From positions 1,184,001-1,248,000 of the forward strand of contig OZ220732.1 of assembly GCA_965116905.1 (NCBI GenBank): a stretch of DNA of 64,000 bases, given 5' to 3'. This DNA comes from Longimicrobiales bacterium (GTDB taxonomy: Bacteria > Gemmatimonadota > Gemmatimonadetes > Longimicrobiales > Gaopeijiaceae). Positions 37,546-46,770 of this stretch are shown piece after piece (positions within the stretch are counted from its first letter, which is position 1; every line of letters begins with the position of its first letter). The position numbers and the translations under genes are program-made. Under the pieces are notes generated by a model. It saw nothing but the letters and a program-made list of their open reading frames with translations. It had not been told where the DNA came from and ran no database searches.

Positions 37546-38286
37546 GTGGGCGGCGTGGGAGCCGCTGACGGTGCGGGTCGGCTGCGGGTTCTGCGCGATG
37601 AGCTGGTGGAGTGCCGCCGATGCCCGCGTCTCGTGGCCTGGCGGGAGAAGGTCTCGAGCGAGAAGCGGGCGGCGTACCGCGAGGACGACTATTGGGGACG
37701 GCCGGTTCCGGGGTTCGGCGATCCGCATGCGTCGGTGATGGTGGTCGGACTCGCCCCGGCGGCGCATGGGGCCAACCGGACCGGGCGCATGTTCACCGGC
37801 GACCGTGCGGGGGACTGGCTGTATCGCGCGATGCACAAGGCCGGGTTTGCCAACCAGGCGCTGAGCCGGGACCGTGCCGACGGACTTGCGCTCACGGGCG
37901 CGTACGTCACGGCGGGTGTGCGGTGTGCTCCGCCGGGCAACCGGCCCACGACACGGGAGCGGGACCGCTGCGCCCCCTTCCTGCAGCGCGAAATCGAGGC
38001 CATGTGGGATGGGCTTCACACTTTCGTGGCCCTGGGCGGCTTCGCCTACGCCGTCGTCCTGAAGACGCTGGCGGCGCGAGGGGTGGAGATCCCGCGTCCG
38101 CGCCCGCGCTTTTCCCACGGGGTCGAGGTGGACCTGGGCACGGTGGCCGTGCTGGCGTCCTATCATCCCAGTCAGCAGAATACGTTTACCGGGACACTGA
38201 CCGAGCCCATGTTCGACAGGGTCTGGCAGCGTGCGGCGGAGCGCATGGCGGCGGCTGCCACAAGGAGGAATCATGAAGCGACGTGA
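37546..38286 (+). CDS. Uracil-DNA glycosylase family 5 (UdgB-like, Fe-S)
   Basis: CRRCPRL, GLAPAAHGANRTGRMFTGD, VRCAPP.N.P, YHPSQQN. Confidence 0.93.
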   Translation: MGGVGAADGAGRLRVLRDELVECRRCPRLVAWREKVSSEKRAAYREDDYWGRPVPGFGDPHASVMVVGLAPAAHGANRTGRMFTGDRAGDWLYRAMHKAGFANQALSRDRADGLALTGAYVTAGVRCAPPGNRPTTRERDRCAPFLQREIEAMWDGLHTFVALGGFAYAVVLKTLAARGVEIPRPRPRFSHGVEVDLGTVAVLASYHPSQQNTFTGTLTEPMFDRVWQRAAERMAAAATRRNHEAT

Positions 38287-39388
38287 CTTCGTGAAGGGAC
38301 TGGCCGTGGCCGGCGCTTCGGGTCTGACGGGCGCCTCGGGTTTGACGGGCGCTTCGGGTCTGGCGGGCGCTTCGGATCTGGCGGGCGCTGGGTCGCCGCT
38401 CGCGCAGGACGACATCGTCGTGGACGGCCTCTTCGCGGGTGCGATGCGGCTGTCCCACCTGCGCGAAATGCAGGAAGGCGGGGCTCACTGCGGGGTTGCC
38501 GGCGGCCCGTCCGACATGGCCAGCTTCGCGGCGCTGCTCCGCTTCTTCGACGAGTACGCGGACGAAGTCGTCCTGGCCAAATCGGTCGCCGAGATCCGGG
38601 ACGCCCGCGCGCGCGGGCTCATCTCCAACGTCTTCTGCTGGCAGTCGGCCACGGTGCTCGGCGACTCCTTCAATTCACCGCTGGGCAGCGCGGCCACGTC
38701 GCTCCGCGCCTTCCAGGAGGTCGGTCTCCGCCAGGTCGGCCTCTGCTACAACGTCGCGAACGCGTTCGGGTCCGGCTGTCTCGAGCCCGAAGGACCACTG
38801 ACGCGCGCCGGCCACCGCCTGGTGGAGGAAATGCATTCGCTGGGGATCATCCTGGACGTGGGTGGGCACACCGGGGAACGCACGACGCTCGACGCCATAG
38901 CGATCTCCGACGGCGTTCCGGTCATCTGCAGCCACACCAACATCGCCGCGATCGCGGACAACTACCGCTGCATCAGCGACCGGGTCATCGACGCCATCGC
39001 CGGGACCGGCGGCGTCATCGGCATCACCGCGGTCAACGACTTCCACGTGCGCGGGCGCGGGAACACGGGACCTACGCCGCACGTGGGCATCGAGGAGCAC
39101 GTGGACCAGTACGACTACATCAAGAACCGCGTCGGTGTGGACCACGTCGGCATGGGCACCGACTTCGTGGGCGGGATGGCGATTCCCTACGGGGGCGGCA
39201 TCAACGCCGAGATCATAACCCCGGACATGGTGAGCGAGCCGTGGCGCTTCATCCGCGGTTTCGAGAGCATCGCCGAGCTGCCCAACCTGATCGACGGGCT
39301 GCGGCGGCGCGGGTGGACGGACGAAGAAGTTCGCAAGGCAATGGGAGCCAACTGGCTCCGGGTATACCAGCAGGTCTGGGGAGGTTGA
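38273..39388 (+). CDS. Tat-exported M19 (membrane dipeptidase-like) protein
   Basis: AGGAGG RBS; KRRDFV Tat motif; ICSH, RCISD, GGVIG, GVDHVGMGTDF, MGANWLRV. Confidence 0.85.
   Translation: MKRRDFVKGLAVAGASGLTGASGLTGASGLAGASDLAGAGSPLAQDDIVVDGLFAGAMRLSHLREMQEGGAHCGVAGGPSDMASFAALLRFFDEYADEVVLAKSVAEIRDARARGLISNVFCWQSATVLGDSFNSPLGSAATSLRAFQEVGLRQVGLCYNVANAFGSGCLEPEGPLTRAGHRLVEEMHSLGIILDVGGHTGERTTLDAIAISDGVPVICSHTNIAAIADNYRCISDRVIDAIAGTGGVIGITAVNDFHVRGRGNTGPTPHVGIEEHVDQYDYIKNRVGVDHVGMGTDFVGGMAIPYGGGINAEIITPDMVSEPWRFIRGFESIAELPNLIDGLRRRGWTDEEVRKAMGANWLRVYQQVWGG
38312..38383 (+). repeat. 18-bp in-frame repeat, 4 copies (GASGLT/GASGLA) in the Tat signal region
   Basis: Read directly. Confidence 0.85.
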
Positions 39389-39391
39389 ACA

Positions 39392-41296
39392 ATGCGTATC
39401 CGATTGATTCCCCGAGCAATTCCCCGAGCGTTCGCGACCGTCGTTTCCGGGGTGGTGGCCATGGTCGCGATGGCGGCCTGTGGCCCCGGTGCGGATTCCT
39501 CCGGCGGGGAGGAGATGCCCATGGGGACGGATGCCGACGGCGCGGGCGAAGCCATGGCTGAAATCGTCTCTGCCGAAGTGCTCCAGAGCGAGGGTCTGGA
39601 GGGAATCCACCGCGAGATCGGGTACGCTCCCATGCCCGACGGCGTGCGGCTGGCGTACATCGCCTACCGCCCGGCCGAGGAAGGACGGTACCCTGTCATC
39701 CTCGACTACGACGCCTACGAGAGCAGCGGAGCCGACATCGCTACGAATGTCTGGTTCCAGAAGGCGGTTCGGGCCGGCTACGCGGTGGTGGGGGCCAACG
39801 TGCGCGGGAGCGGTTGCTCGGAAGGCGACACCTTCAGCCTGTTCCATCCGCAGCAGGGGCCCGATGGGGCCGCGCTTGTCCAGTGGCTCGGCACACGCCC
39901 GTGGAGCGACGGCAACGTGGGCATGTACGGCGTCTCGTACCCCGGCCACACGCAGTTTTTCGTCGCGGCCCAGCGGCCGTCGCATCTGAAGGCGCTGGCG
40001 GCGGGCGGGCTGACCGCGTCGATCTACCGTGAGGGCTTCCGGCCAGGCGGCATCTTCAACGTCGGGTTCTCGGCGTGGTGGGGCGAGATGGCGCAGCCCT
40101 GGATCGAGGAGGTGGGCGTGACGCTGCGGACCGGCGCGGGAGACACGCACTGCGAGGCGGTTCAGGCGGCCCAGCCACGGAACAACGCGTTTCCCGAAGC
40201 GATGGAGCACGAGTACCACGGTCAGTACTGGGACGAACGCTCGCCGGAGAGCTACGCGGACCAGGTTGAGGTGCCGATGATGATCATCGCCGGCTACCAG
40301 GATCAGCAGACTGCGATGGGCGGGCCGCGACTCTACGAGAAGTTGCAGGGTCCGCGAAAGCTGATTCTGCAGAACGGCGGGCACGGTGTCGGCGGCAATG
40401 CTCTGGCCCACGAGCAGGTGCTGCGCTGGATGGACCGCTGGCTGAAGGGCGAGGAGAACGGGATCGACGAGGAGCCGAGGGTCACGGTGCTGTTCGAGAC
40501 GGGCGTTGTCGACGGTCAGCTCCGGCCCAACTGGGTCGAGACGTTTCCGGACTGGCCGGTGCCCGGGACCGAGCGGCGCGCCTTCAACCTCGGCTCGGAC
40601 GGGTCACTGACCACCGACGCGCTGGCCGAGGGGCAGACGGGGCCGCTCACCTACGTCTACCCCATGGGAACCGAGCTGGTTGGGAACAACGACATGTTCT
40701 CGATCCCGCCGGCGCCACTCGGCTCGCTGATCTACCGCACGGCTCCATTGGCCGAGGATCTGCCGATTCTCGGGTCGGCGCGCCTGGTCCTGCACGCCAG
40801 CGCCGAGGCGGAAGACACCGACTTCATGGTGGTGCTCCACGACATCGGGCCCGATGGCGAGACCCTGTACCTGCAGCGCGCGTTCCTGCGGGCGTCCCAT
40901 CGAGCCATTGACGCGGCCAGGTCGTCCGAACACTGGACGCACCACCCACACGACCGCTCCGAACCCCTGGTGGCGGGCGAGGTCTACGAACTCGTCGTCT
41001 CTTTTCCGGAGGTCGGACACGTCTTTCGCGCGGGACACGCGGTTGAGCTGGCGATCCTGGCGCCGAGCGTCACGCCCGCGACCGACTGGGGCCCGATGCC
41101 GATCAACCTGCCGGGCATCAATACCGTGTACCATTCGGCCGAGTACCCGTCCCGCCTCGAGCTGCCGGTTGTTGCAAGCATCTCGGCCACCGGACCTGCC
41201 CCGGAGTGCGGGACGCTGGAGTACCAGCCGTGCCGTCCCAGGGTCGAACCGAACTTCACCGCGGCCGGAATGCCGCGCGATCTCCTGCGCCGGTGA
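39392..41296 (+). CDS. CocE/NonD family hydrolase (lipoprotein)
   Basis: DGVRL, NVRGSGCSEG, PWSDGNVGMYGVSYPG, GYQD, GGH, PepX C-terminal domain. Confidence 0.9.
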   Translation: MRIRLIPRAIPRAFATVVSGVVAMVAMAACGPGADSSGGEEMPMGTDADGAGEAMAEIVSAEVLQSEGLEGIHREIGYAPMPDGVRLAYIAYRPAEEGRYPVILDYDAYESSGADIATNVWFQKAVRAGYAVVGANVRGSGCSEGDTFSLFHPQQGPDGAALVQWLGTRPWSDGNVGMYGVSYPGHTQFFVAAQRPSHLKALAAGGLTASIYREGFRPGGIFNVGFSAWWGEMAQPWIEEVGVTLRTGAGDTHCEAVQAAQPRNNAFPEAMEHEYHGQYWDERSPESYADQVEVPMMIIAGYQDQQTAMGGPRLYEKLQGPRKLILQNGGHGVGGNALAHEQVLRWMDRWLKGEENGIDEEPRVTVLFETGVVDGQLRPNWVETFPDWPVPGTERRAFNLGSDGSLTTDALAEGQTGPLTYVYPMGTELVGNNDMFSIPPAPLGSLIYRTAPLAEDLPILGSARLVLHASAEAEDTDFMVVLHDIGPDGETLYLQRAFLRASHRAIDAARSSEHWTHHPHDRSEPLVAGEVYELVVSFPEVGHVFRAGHAVELAILAPSVTPATDWGPMPINLPGINTVYHSAEYPSRLELPVVASISATGPAPECGTLEYQPCRPRVEPNFTAAGMPRDLLRR

Positions 41297-41297
41297 C

Positions 41298-41891
41298 TTG
41301 AAGCCCGACGACGATTCGCTGCCGCTGCTGCGGCGGTTGCACGCGCGGGTGTTCGCCGACTCCGAGGTGCGCACGGTGCTGGACGCAGGTTTTGCGCGGC
41401 TGGCTGTGCAGCTGGAGACTCGGGCCGAGCCGCCGCACGCGACTTGTACAGTTCCGATCAAGTTGTTCACGGCGGCGATCGAGAGCCGCGTCGCGGGTGG
41501 CCGGCACGACCGGATCCGACTCTGCCGCCTCTTTTTGCTGCAGCGCGGCGCGCGGATGGCCGTGCCGGAGCGGCACCGCAACAGTGTGCAGCGGCTGGTT
41601 TCGTATCGCGGGCGTGGCAGCATCCACCAGGGCTTTGCCGGCGGGGGCCCGGAGGGGCTGAGGGCGAGGGCGATCTGCAGTCCGGATGCCGATGGCTCCG
41701 GTCTCGCCCGCCACTGGGACATCGTCCCCGCGGGTGTCTGGCACTATCCGGAGGCGGACGGCGCCGAAGACTGGGCGACCGTGACCTTCCACAGCGCTGC
41801 GGAAGGCGAGATTGTGGATGAGTATTCCGGGACGGCGCCTTCACTTGCGAGCATGGAGAATCCCAAGGGGGAGGAGGAGGAGGAGCGATGA
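41298..41891 (+). CDS. Hypothetical protein, cupin-like
   Basis: ERHRNS and VPAGVWHYP resemble cupin motifs 1 and 2; TTG start uncertain. Confidence 0.5.
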   Translation: MKPDDDSLPLLRRLHARVFADSEVRTVLDAGFARLAVQLETRAEPPHATCTVPIKLFTAAIESRVAGGRHDRIRLCRLFLLQRGARMAVPERHRNSVQRLVSYRGRGSIHQGFAGGGPEGLRARAICSPDADGSGLARHWDIVPAGVWHYPEADGAEDWATVTFHSAAEGEIVDEYSGTAPSLASMENPKGEEEEER

Positions 41892-41920
41892 GGCAACCGA
41901 GACGAGGTTGCGGATGAGGT

Positions 41921-42064
41921 TTGGCACGGCAGCACTCACAGTGGAGCACCATGAAGGCAACCCTCACGTAACGTCAGGGTTAGCGGAAACCAACGCACCG
42001 GGCGGCGGCGATTGCACGATCGCGTCCTTGGCACGGCATGACGTAACGTCAGGGTTAACGGAAA
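41921..42064. repeat. Duplicated intergenic element TTGGCACGGCA...ACGTAACGTCAGGGTTA.CGGAAA containing a palindrome
   Basis: Copies at 41921-41989 and 42028-42064; palindrome AACCCTCACGT-A-ACGTCAGGGTT at 41959-41981. Confidence 0.75.
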
Positions 42065-42090
42065 AGAAATCGCGACTGTGCGCCCTCGGA

Positions 42091-45000
42091 ATGGTGAAGC
42101 CACGGCTCCGCACATTGGTGCCCGCCATTCTCGCCCTGTGCCAACTGGCGACCCCGGCTCCGGCTTCGCCGCAGTCCCCACCCGCCGCGCCGCAATCTGC
42201 TGCCGCCTCGCCGCAGACCGCCCCCCGCCCGGCCCTGGACCCCTCCGACCCGGCCCGATGGCAGGTCCCCCCGTCCGAACTCCAGGCGCTGCAGTTCCGC
42301 GAACTCGGTCCCTTCCGCGGCGGCCGCGTCACCACGGTCGCCGGTGTCCGCTCCAGGCCGCACACCTTCTACTTCGGCGCCACCGGCGGAGGGGTCTGGA
42401 GGACCGAGAGCGCGGGGCAGGCGTGGACGAACATCTCGGACCACGGCATCCCGATCGGGTCCATCGGCGCGGTCGCGGTCGCGCCCTCCAACCCGGATGT
42501 CCTCTACGTGGGCACGGGATCCGACGCGATCCGAGGCAATGTCTCTACGGGACGCGGCGTGTACCGCTCCGACGACGACGGCGCAAACTGGCGCTACCTG
42601 GGCCTGCGCGAAGCCGGCCAGATCGGGCGCATTCGCATCCACCCAAACGACCCGGACGTCGCGTACCTGGCCGCGACCGGGCACCCCTTCGGCCCGAACC
42701 CCGAGCGGGGCGTCTACCGCACCCGGGACGGCGGCGAGTCGTGGGAGAACGTCCTCTTCGTCTCGGATTCGACGGGCGCAGTCGAGCTGCTGATGAACGA
42801 GCACGACCCCGACGAACTCTTCGCCGCGATGTGGCGCGCCGAACGCAAGCCCTGGACGATGATCTCGGGCGCCCGCGAGGGCGGCATCTACCGCAGCCGC
42901 GACGGGGGGGACAGCTGGGAGAAGCTCGCGGGCGGCCTCCCGTCGGGGCTGATCGGCAAGATCGGGATCGCTCAAGGCCGCTCCGACCCCGGCAGACTCT
43001 ACGCGATCATCGAGGCCGAGCCGGGGTCCGGCATCTATCGCACGCGCAACGGGGGCGACGACTGGACGCTGGTTAATGACGAGCCGCGACTGCTGGGCCG
43101 CCCTTGGTACTTCCACAACATCTTCGCCGATCCGACCGACGCGGACATTGTGTATGTGGCCGGCGGGGGCTTCCACCGGTCCACGGACGGCGCGGAGAGC
43201 TTCCGGACGATTCGGATGCCCCATTCGGATCATCACGACCTGTGGATTTCGCCCGACAACCCCGATGTGATGGTGCAGGGGAACGACGGCGGTGCGGTGG
43301 TGACCGTCGACGGCGGACGGACGTGGTCCAGCCAGTTGAATCAGCCAACCGCGGAGATGTATTCGGTGACCGTCGACGACCAGTTCCCGTATCGCGTGTA
43401 CGGCTCGCAGCAGGACAACTCGACGCTGTCGCTGCCGAGTTCGGCGACGGGAACGGGGATCAGCCTGCAACACTGGGAGTCGCACGGGGGCTGTGAGACG
43501 GGTCCGGTGACGGTCCATCCGACCGATCCAGCCATTGTCGTGTCCGGCTGCTTCGGCGGCCGGCTTGCGCGCTACAACCGGCGGACCGAGCAGTTCCGCC
43601 AGATCCGGCCGTACCCCGAGCGGCAGGACGGCGCGCCGGAGCGCGAACTGCGCTACCGGATCCAGTGGAATGCGCCAGTGCTCTTCTCGCGCCACGACCC
43701 CGATGTCCTGTATCACGGCTCGCAGTACGTGGCGGTCAGCCGCGACCAGGGCGGGAGCTGGGCGGTCATTTCGCCCGACCTGACCGGCAACGACACCACG
43801 AAGTTCGGCCAGGCGGGCGGCCCGATCACCGCCGATGTGACGGGCGTCGAGATCTATTCGTCGCTGCTGCAGATCGCCGAAGCGCCGGACGACGCGCGCG
43901 TGCTCTGGACCGGCTCGAACGACGGGCGCGTGCACATCACCCACGACGGCGGCGCCACCTGGACCAATGTCACGCCGCCGTCGATGCCCCAGCCGGCCAC
44001 GGTCAACCGGATCGATGTCTCGCCGCATGCGCCCGGCACCGCGTACCTGGCCGCGTACCGCTACCGCCTCGACGACTTCCGCCCGTTCATCTACGCGACG
44101 CGCGACTTCGGCGCGACCTGGACCCTGCTGACCGACGGTGCCAACGGGTTGCCGGCCGACCACCCGACGCGCGTGGTTCGCGAGGATCCCGCGCGGGCCG
44201 GACTGCTCTACGCGGGCACCGAGTTCGGCCTTTTCGTCTCGTTCGACGCGGGCGGGAACTGGCAGCCGCTACAGCGCAACCTGCCGCCCTCGCCCGTGAC
44301 CGACCTTGTGGTGCACCGCGGTGATCTGGTGGTGGGGACTCAAGGGCGAGGCTTCTGGATCCTGGACGACATCACGCCGCTCCGCCATGTGGCCGCCGGT
44401 GAGCCTGCGGGAGACCTCGTCCTCTACCCGGTGCGGCCCGCGTACCGCACCGCCGCCCAGGAACGGGACGGTCACTACGTGCGCGACCACGTCTACGGCG
44501 CGATGATCCCGCGCTACATGAAGGCGAGGAATCCGCCCGAGGGCGCGACAGTCTACTTCAGTCGGCCAGCCGGCGCGGGGGGCACGGTTACGGTGCGCAT
44601 CCTCGAGCGCGACGGCGACCTGGTGCGCGCGTATCAGAACGTCGCGGCCGGCCCGGGCCTGAACCGTTTCAACTGGAACCTGGACTACCCGGCGGGTTCG
44701 GCGGCGGTCGCGGCGCGGGCGGTGCCGGGGACCTACGCGGTGATGATCGAGGAACCGGGCGGCGTGCCCTCCGCGGGCACCAGGACCGAATTCGAGGTGC
44801 GCATGGACCCGCGCCTGGCGGAAGAGATCACGGTGGCGGACCTGCAGGCGCAGTTCGACTACCTGATCAGGGCGCGGGACCGGCTGGACGCGCTCGAGGA
44901 GGCGCTTGCGGGGCTGCGGCAGGTGCGGGGCGACGCCGAGAGCGCCGGTGGCGCGTCCGATGCCAACGACGCGATCCGGGGGGCGGCCGAGCGGGCGGCG

Positions 45001-45315
45001 ACGGCGCTGACGGCGGTCGAGGAGGTGCTCGTGCAGCCGCGCGGGGCGGGCTTCGCGAACCCTTCACGGATTCGCAGCCACCTGAGGTTCGTGATGACGG
45101 CGGCGAGTTCCCAGCGCGGCGAGGATCTGGACGCGCGGCCCACCGAGCAGTTGATCGAGCGGCTGGTCGATCTCGAAGTGGAGCTGGAGGGCGCGCTGAC
45201 CCGGCTGCGCGGCGTGTACACGAACGAGGTCGAGGAGCTGAACGCAGAACTCGAATCCGCGGGCCTCGAGCGGATCCGGATCCCGGCCGTGCCGGGGCGG
45301 CGGGCGGTCAGTTGA
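42091..45315 (+). CDS. BNR/Asp-box (VPS10/sortilin-like) beta-propeller protein, putative glycosyl hydrolase
   Basis: LGPFRGGR, many S.DGG.(S/T)W Asp-boxes, HSDHH, GNDGG, GTQGRGFWILDD, C-terminal coiled coil. Confidence 0.88.
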   Translation: MVKPRLRTLVPAILALCQLATPAPASPQSPPAAPQSAAASPQTAPRPALDPSDPARWQVPPSELQALQFRELGPFRGGRVTTVAGVRSRPHTFYFGATGGGVWRTESAGQAWTNISDHGIPIGSIGAVAVAPSNPDVLYVGTGSDAIRGNVSTGRGVYRSDDDGANWRYLGLREAGQIGRIRIHPNDPDVAYLAATGHPFGPNPERGVYRTRDGGESWENVLFVSDSTGAVELLMNEHDPDELFAAMWRAERKPWTMISGAREGGIYRSRDGGDSWEKLAGGLPSGLIGKIGIAQGRSDPGRLYAIIEAEPGSGIYRTRNGGDDWTLVNDEPRLLGRPWYFHNIFADPTDADIVYVAGGGFHRSTDGAESFRTIRMPHSDHHDLWISPDNPDVMVQGNDGGAVVTVDGGRTWSSQLNQPTAEMYSVTVDDQFPYRVYGSQQDNSTLSLPSSATGTGISLQHWESHGGCETGPVTVHPTDPAIVVSGCFGGRLARYNRRTEQFRQIRPYPERQDGAPERELRYRIQWNAPVLFSRHDPDVLYHGSQYVAVSRDQGGSWAVISPDLTGNDTTKFGQAGGPITADVTGVEIYSSLLQIAEAPDDARVLWTGSNDGRVHITHDGGATWTNVTPPSMPQPATVNRIDVSPHAPGTAYLAAYRYRLDDFRPFIYATRDFGATWTLLTDGANGLPADHPTRVVREDPARAGLLYAGTEFGLFVSFDAGGNWQPLQRNLPPSPVTDLVVHRGDLVVGTQGRGFWILDDITPLRHVAAGEPAGDLVLYPVRPAYRTAAQERDGHYVRDHVYGAMIPRYMKARNPPEGATVYFSRPAGAGGTVTVRILERDGDLVRAYQNVAAGPGLNRFNWNLDYPAGSAAVAARAVPGTYAVMIEEPGGVPSAGTRTEFEVRMDPRLAEEITVADLQAQFDYLIRARDRLDALEEALAGLRQVRGDAESAGGASDANDAIRGAAERAATALTAVEEVLVQPRGAGFANPSRIRSHLRFVMTAASSQRGEDLDARPTEQLIERLVDLEVELEGALTRLRGVYTNEVEELNAELESAGLERIRIPAVPGRRAVS

Positions 45316-45761
45316 GCAGCTCACGGCCTACGTCCGGCTTGCCCAACGCCGCCAACCGCTGCTTCGTCTGCGGCCCGGAAAACCCGATCGGCCTGCACCT
45401 ATCCTTCCGGCTCGAAGACGGCGCCTGCGTCTCCGAGTTCACCCCGGGCGAAAACCACCAGGGCTACCCGGGCGTGATCCACGGCGGGATGATCTACAGC
45501 GCCCTGGACGACGTCATGGCCAACTGGCTGTACCTGCGCGGCGCCCGCGCCTACACGGCCCGCTGCGAGATCCGCTACCGGAAGCCGGCGCGAGAGGGCG
45601 AGAAGCTGCTGCTGGTGGGCCGCCAGGCGGCGCGCAAGCGGAAGCTCGTCGAGATGGAGGGGACCGCAACGCGGGCTTCGGACGGCGAGGTGGTGGCCAC
45701 CGCGACGGCGACCTTTGTGGTGATCGACGAGGAGGAGTTTGCGGGGGTGGGGTCGGGATAG
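45312..45761 (+). CDS. PaaI family thioesterase
   Basis: CFVCG.ENPIGL, GYPGVIHGG....LDD; TTGA overlap. Confidence 0.88.
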   Translation: MSSSRPTSGLPNAANRCFVCGPENPIGLHLSFRLEDGACVSEFTPGENHQGYPGVIHGGMIYSALDDVMANWLYLRGARAYTARCEIRYRKPAREGEKLLLVGRQAARKRKLVEMEGTATRASDGEVVATATATFVVIDEEEFAGVGSG

Positions 45762-45780
45762 CGTCCTGGACGGGCGCTCG

Positions 45781-46770
45781 TCACGGCCCCAGATCCGCCG
45801 GTCCGCAGAGCGGCGGCATCCCGGGGCCATCCGGTGCCGCAATGACGTTCAGCTGGCGCTGGGTCGCGGTACCGAAGAAGCCCGTCCCGTCTCCGAAAAC
45901 GGACGGGATGCGGATGATGCCCGACGGGTTGAAGTTGCCCCCCCGGGCCCAGTTCACCCAGTTGCGGTCGGTGGCGGCAATGGCCACCTCCGCCCAGGCT
46001 CCGGCGGGCAGGCCGTCGTCGAGGATGCGAAGGATATCGGCATCGGCCTGCTCACCAAGGTCGAACAGCCCGTATTCCCCGGGAAACAGGATATCGGTGT
46101 CCTTCTCTCCGATCGCGAACCCGGTGAGGTACAGCGAGTCGGGCACTTCGACGTCGCGTCCGGCCAGGGCCGCCGGCAACCCCTCGATCCAGGTGTCGGA
46201 GAGATACGACCAGGTACCCGCCGCCTCGGTCCAGCGGAAGCGGTAGTTGGTGTCGGGCTCGATCCGGCAGTGTCCATCCTCGTGCGTGAGCCCGATGAAC
46301 TCGAAGGCGTCGGGCACCTGGCTGACCCCGGTCAGCGTGCCGCCTTCGCGAAGAACCACCTCGAGCTCGAGGACCTCTCCCGGAGAGAAGGGGGACGGGG
46401 CCACGGTGGTGCGGTAGCACGAGCCGACATCCAGTTCGATAACCTCCTCGTCGTCCTCGTCCTCCCAGGGATCCAGGCAAACACCCCCGCTGTCCGCCGC
46501 CGCCAGATGCACGACCGCCGACTCCCCCGAGACGCGGACAACGGCTCCCTCCACTTCGTCAGCGCGCTGTCCGCTCAGTGTACGGTGCAGATAGGTGTAC
46601 ACGCTGAGGGACGTGCCGCCGTCGCCGTGCTGGTTGATGGTCAGCTGCGCCTCTGCGATCACCACGTCGTCCGACTCGGTGACCGTAACCTCGGTCAGCG
46701 AGCATCCACCGAGAACCGAGGCCCCCGCCAGGAGGACCAGCAACGCCGCGCCACCGTGCAGCCGGCTCAT
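45781..46770 (-). CDS. DUF4249-like lipoprotein
   Basis: Lipobox LGGC; VEGAVV, C-terminal SV.GDGTGFFG; coupled to the TonB receptor gene. Confidence 0.65.
   Translation of the reverse strand: MSRLHGGAALLVLLAGASVLGGCSLTEVTVTESDDVVIAEAQLTINQHGDGGTSLSVYTYLHRTLSGQRADEVEGAVVRVSGESAVVHLAAADSGGVCLDPWEDEDDEEVIELDVGSCYRTTVAPSPFSPGEVLELEVVLREGGTLTGVSQVPDAFEFIGLTHEDGHCRIEPDTNYRFRWTEAAGTWSYLSDTWIEGLPAALAGRDVEVPDSLYLTGFAIGEKDTDILFPGEYGLFDLGEQADADILRILDDGLPAGAWAEVAIAATDRNWVNWARGGNFNPSGIIRIPSVFGDGTGFFGTATQRQLNVIAAPDGPGMPPLCGPADLGP

Noticed and set aside
41921..42045. Sigma54 promoters at TTGGCACG
   Set aside because: The -24 box matches but neither copy has TTGC at -12.
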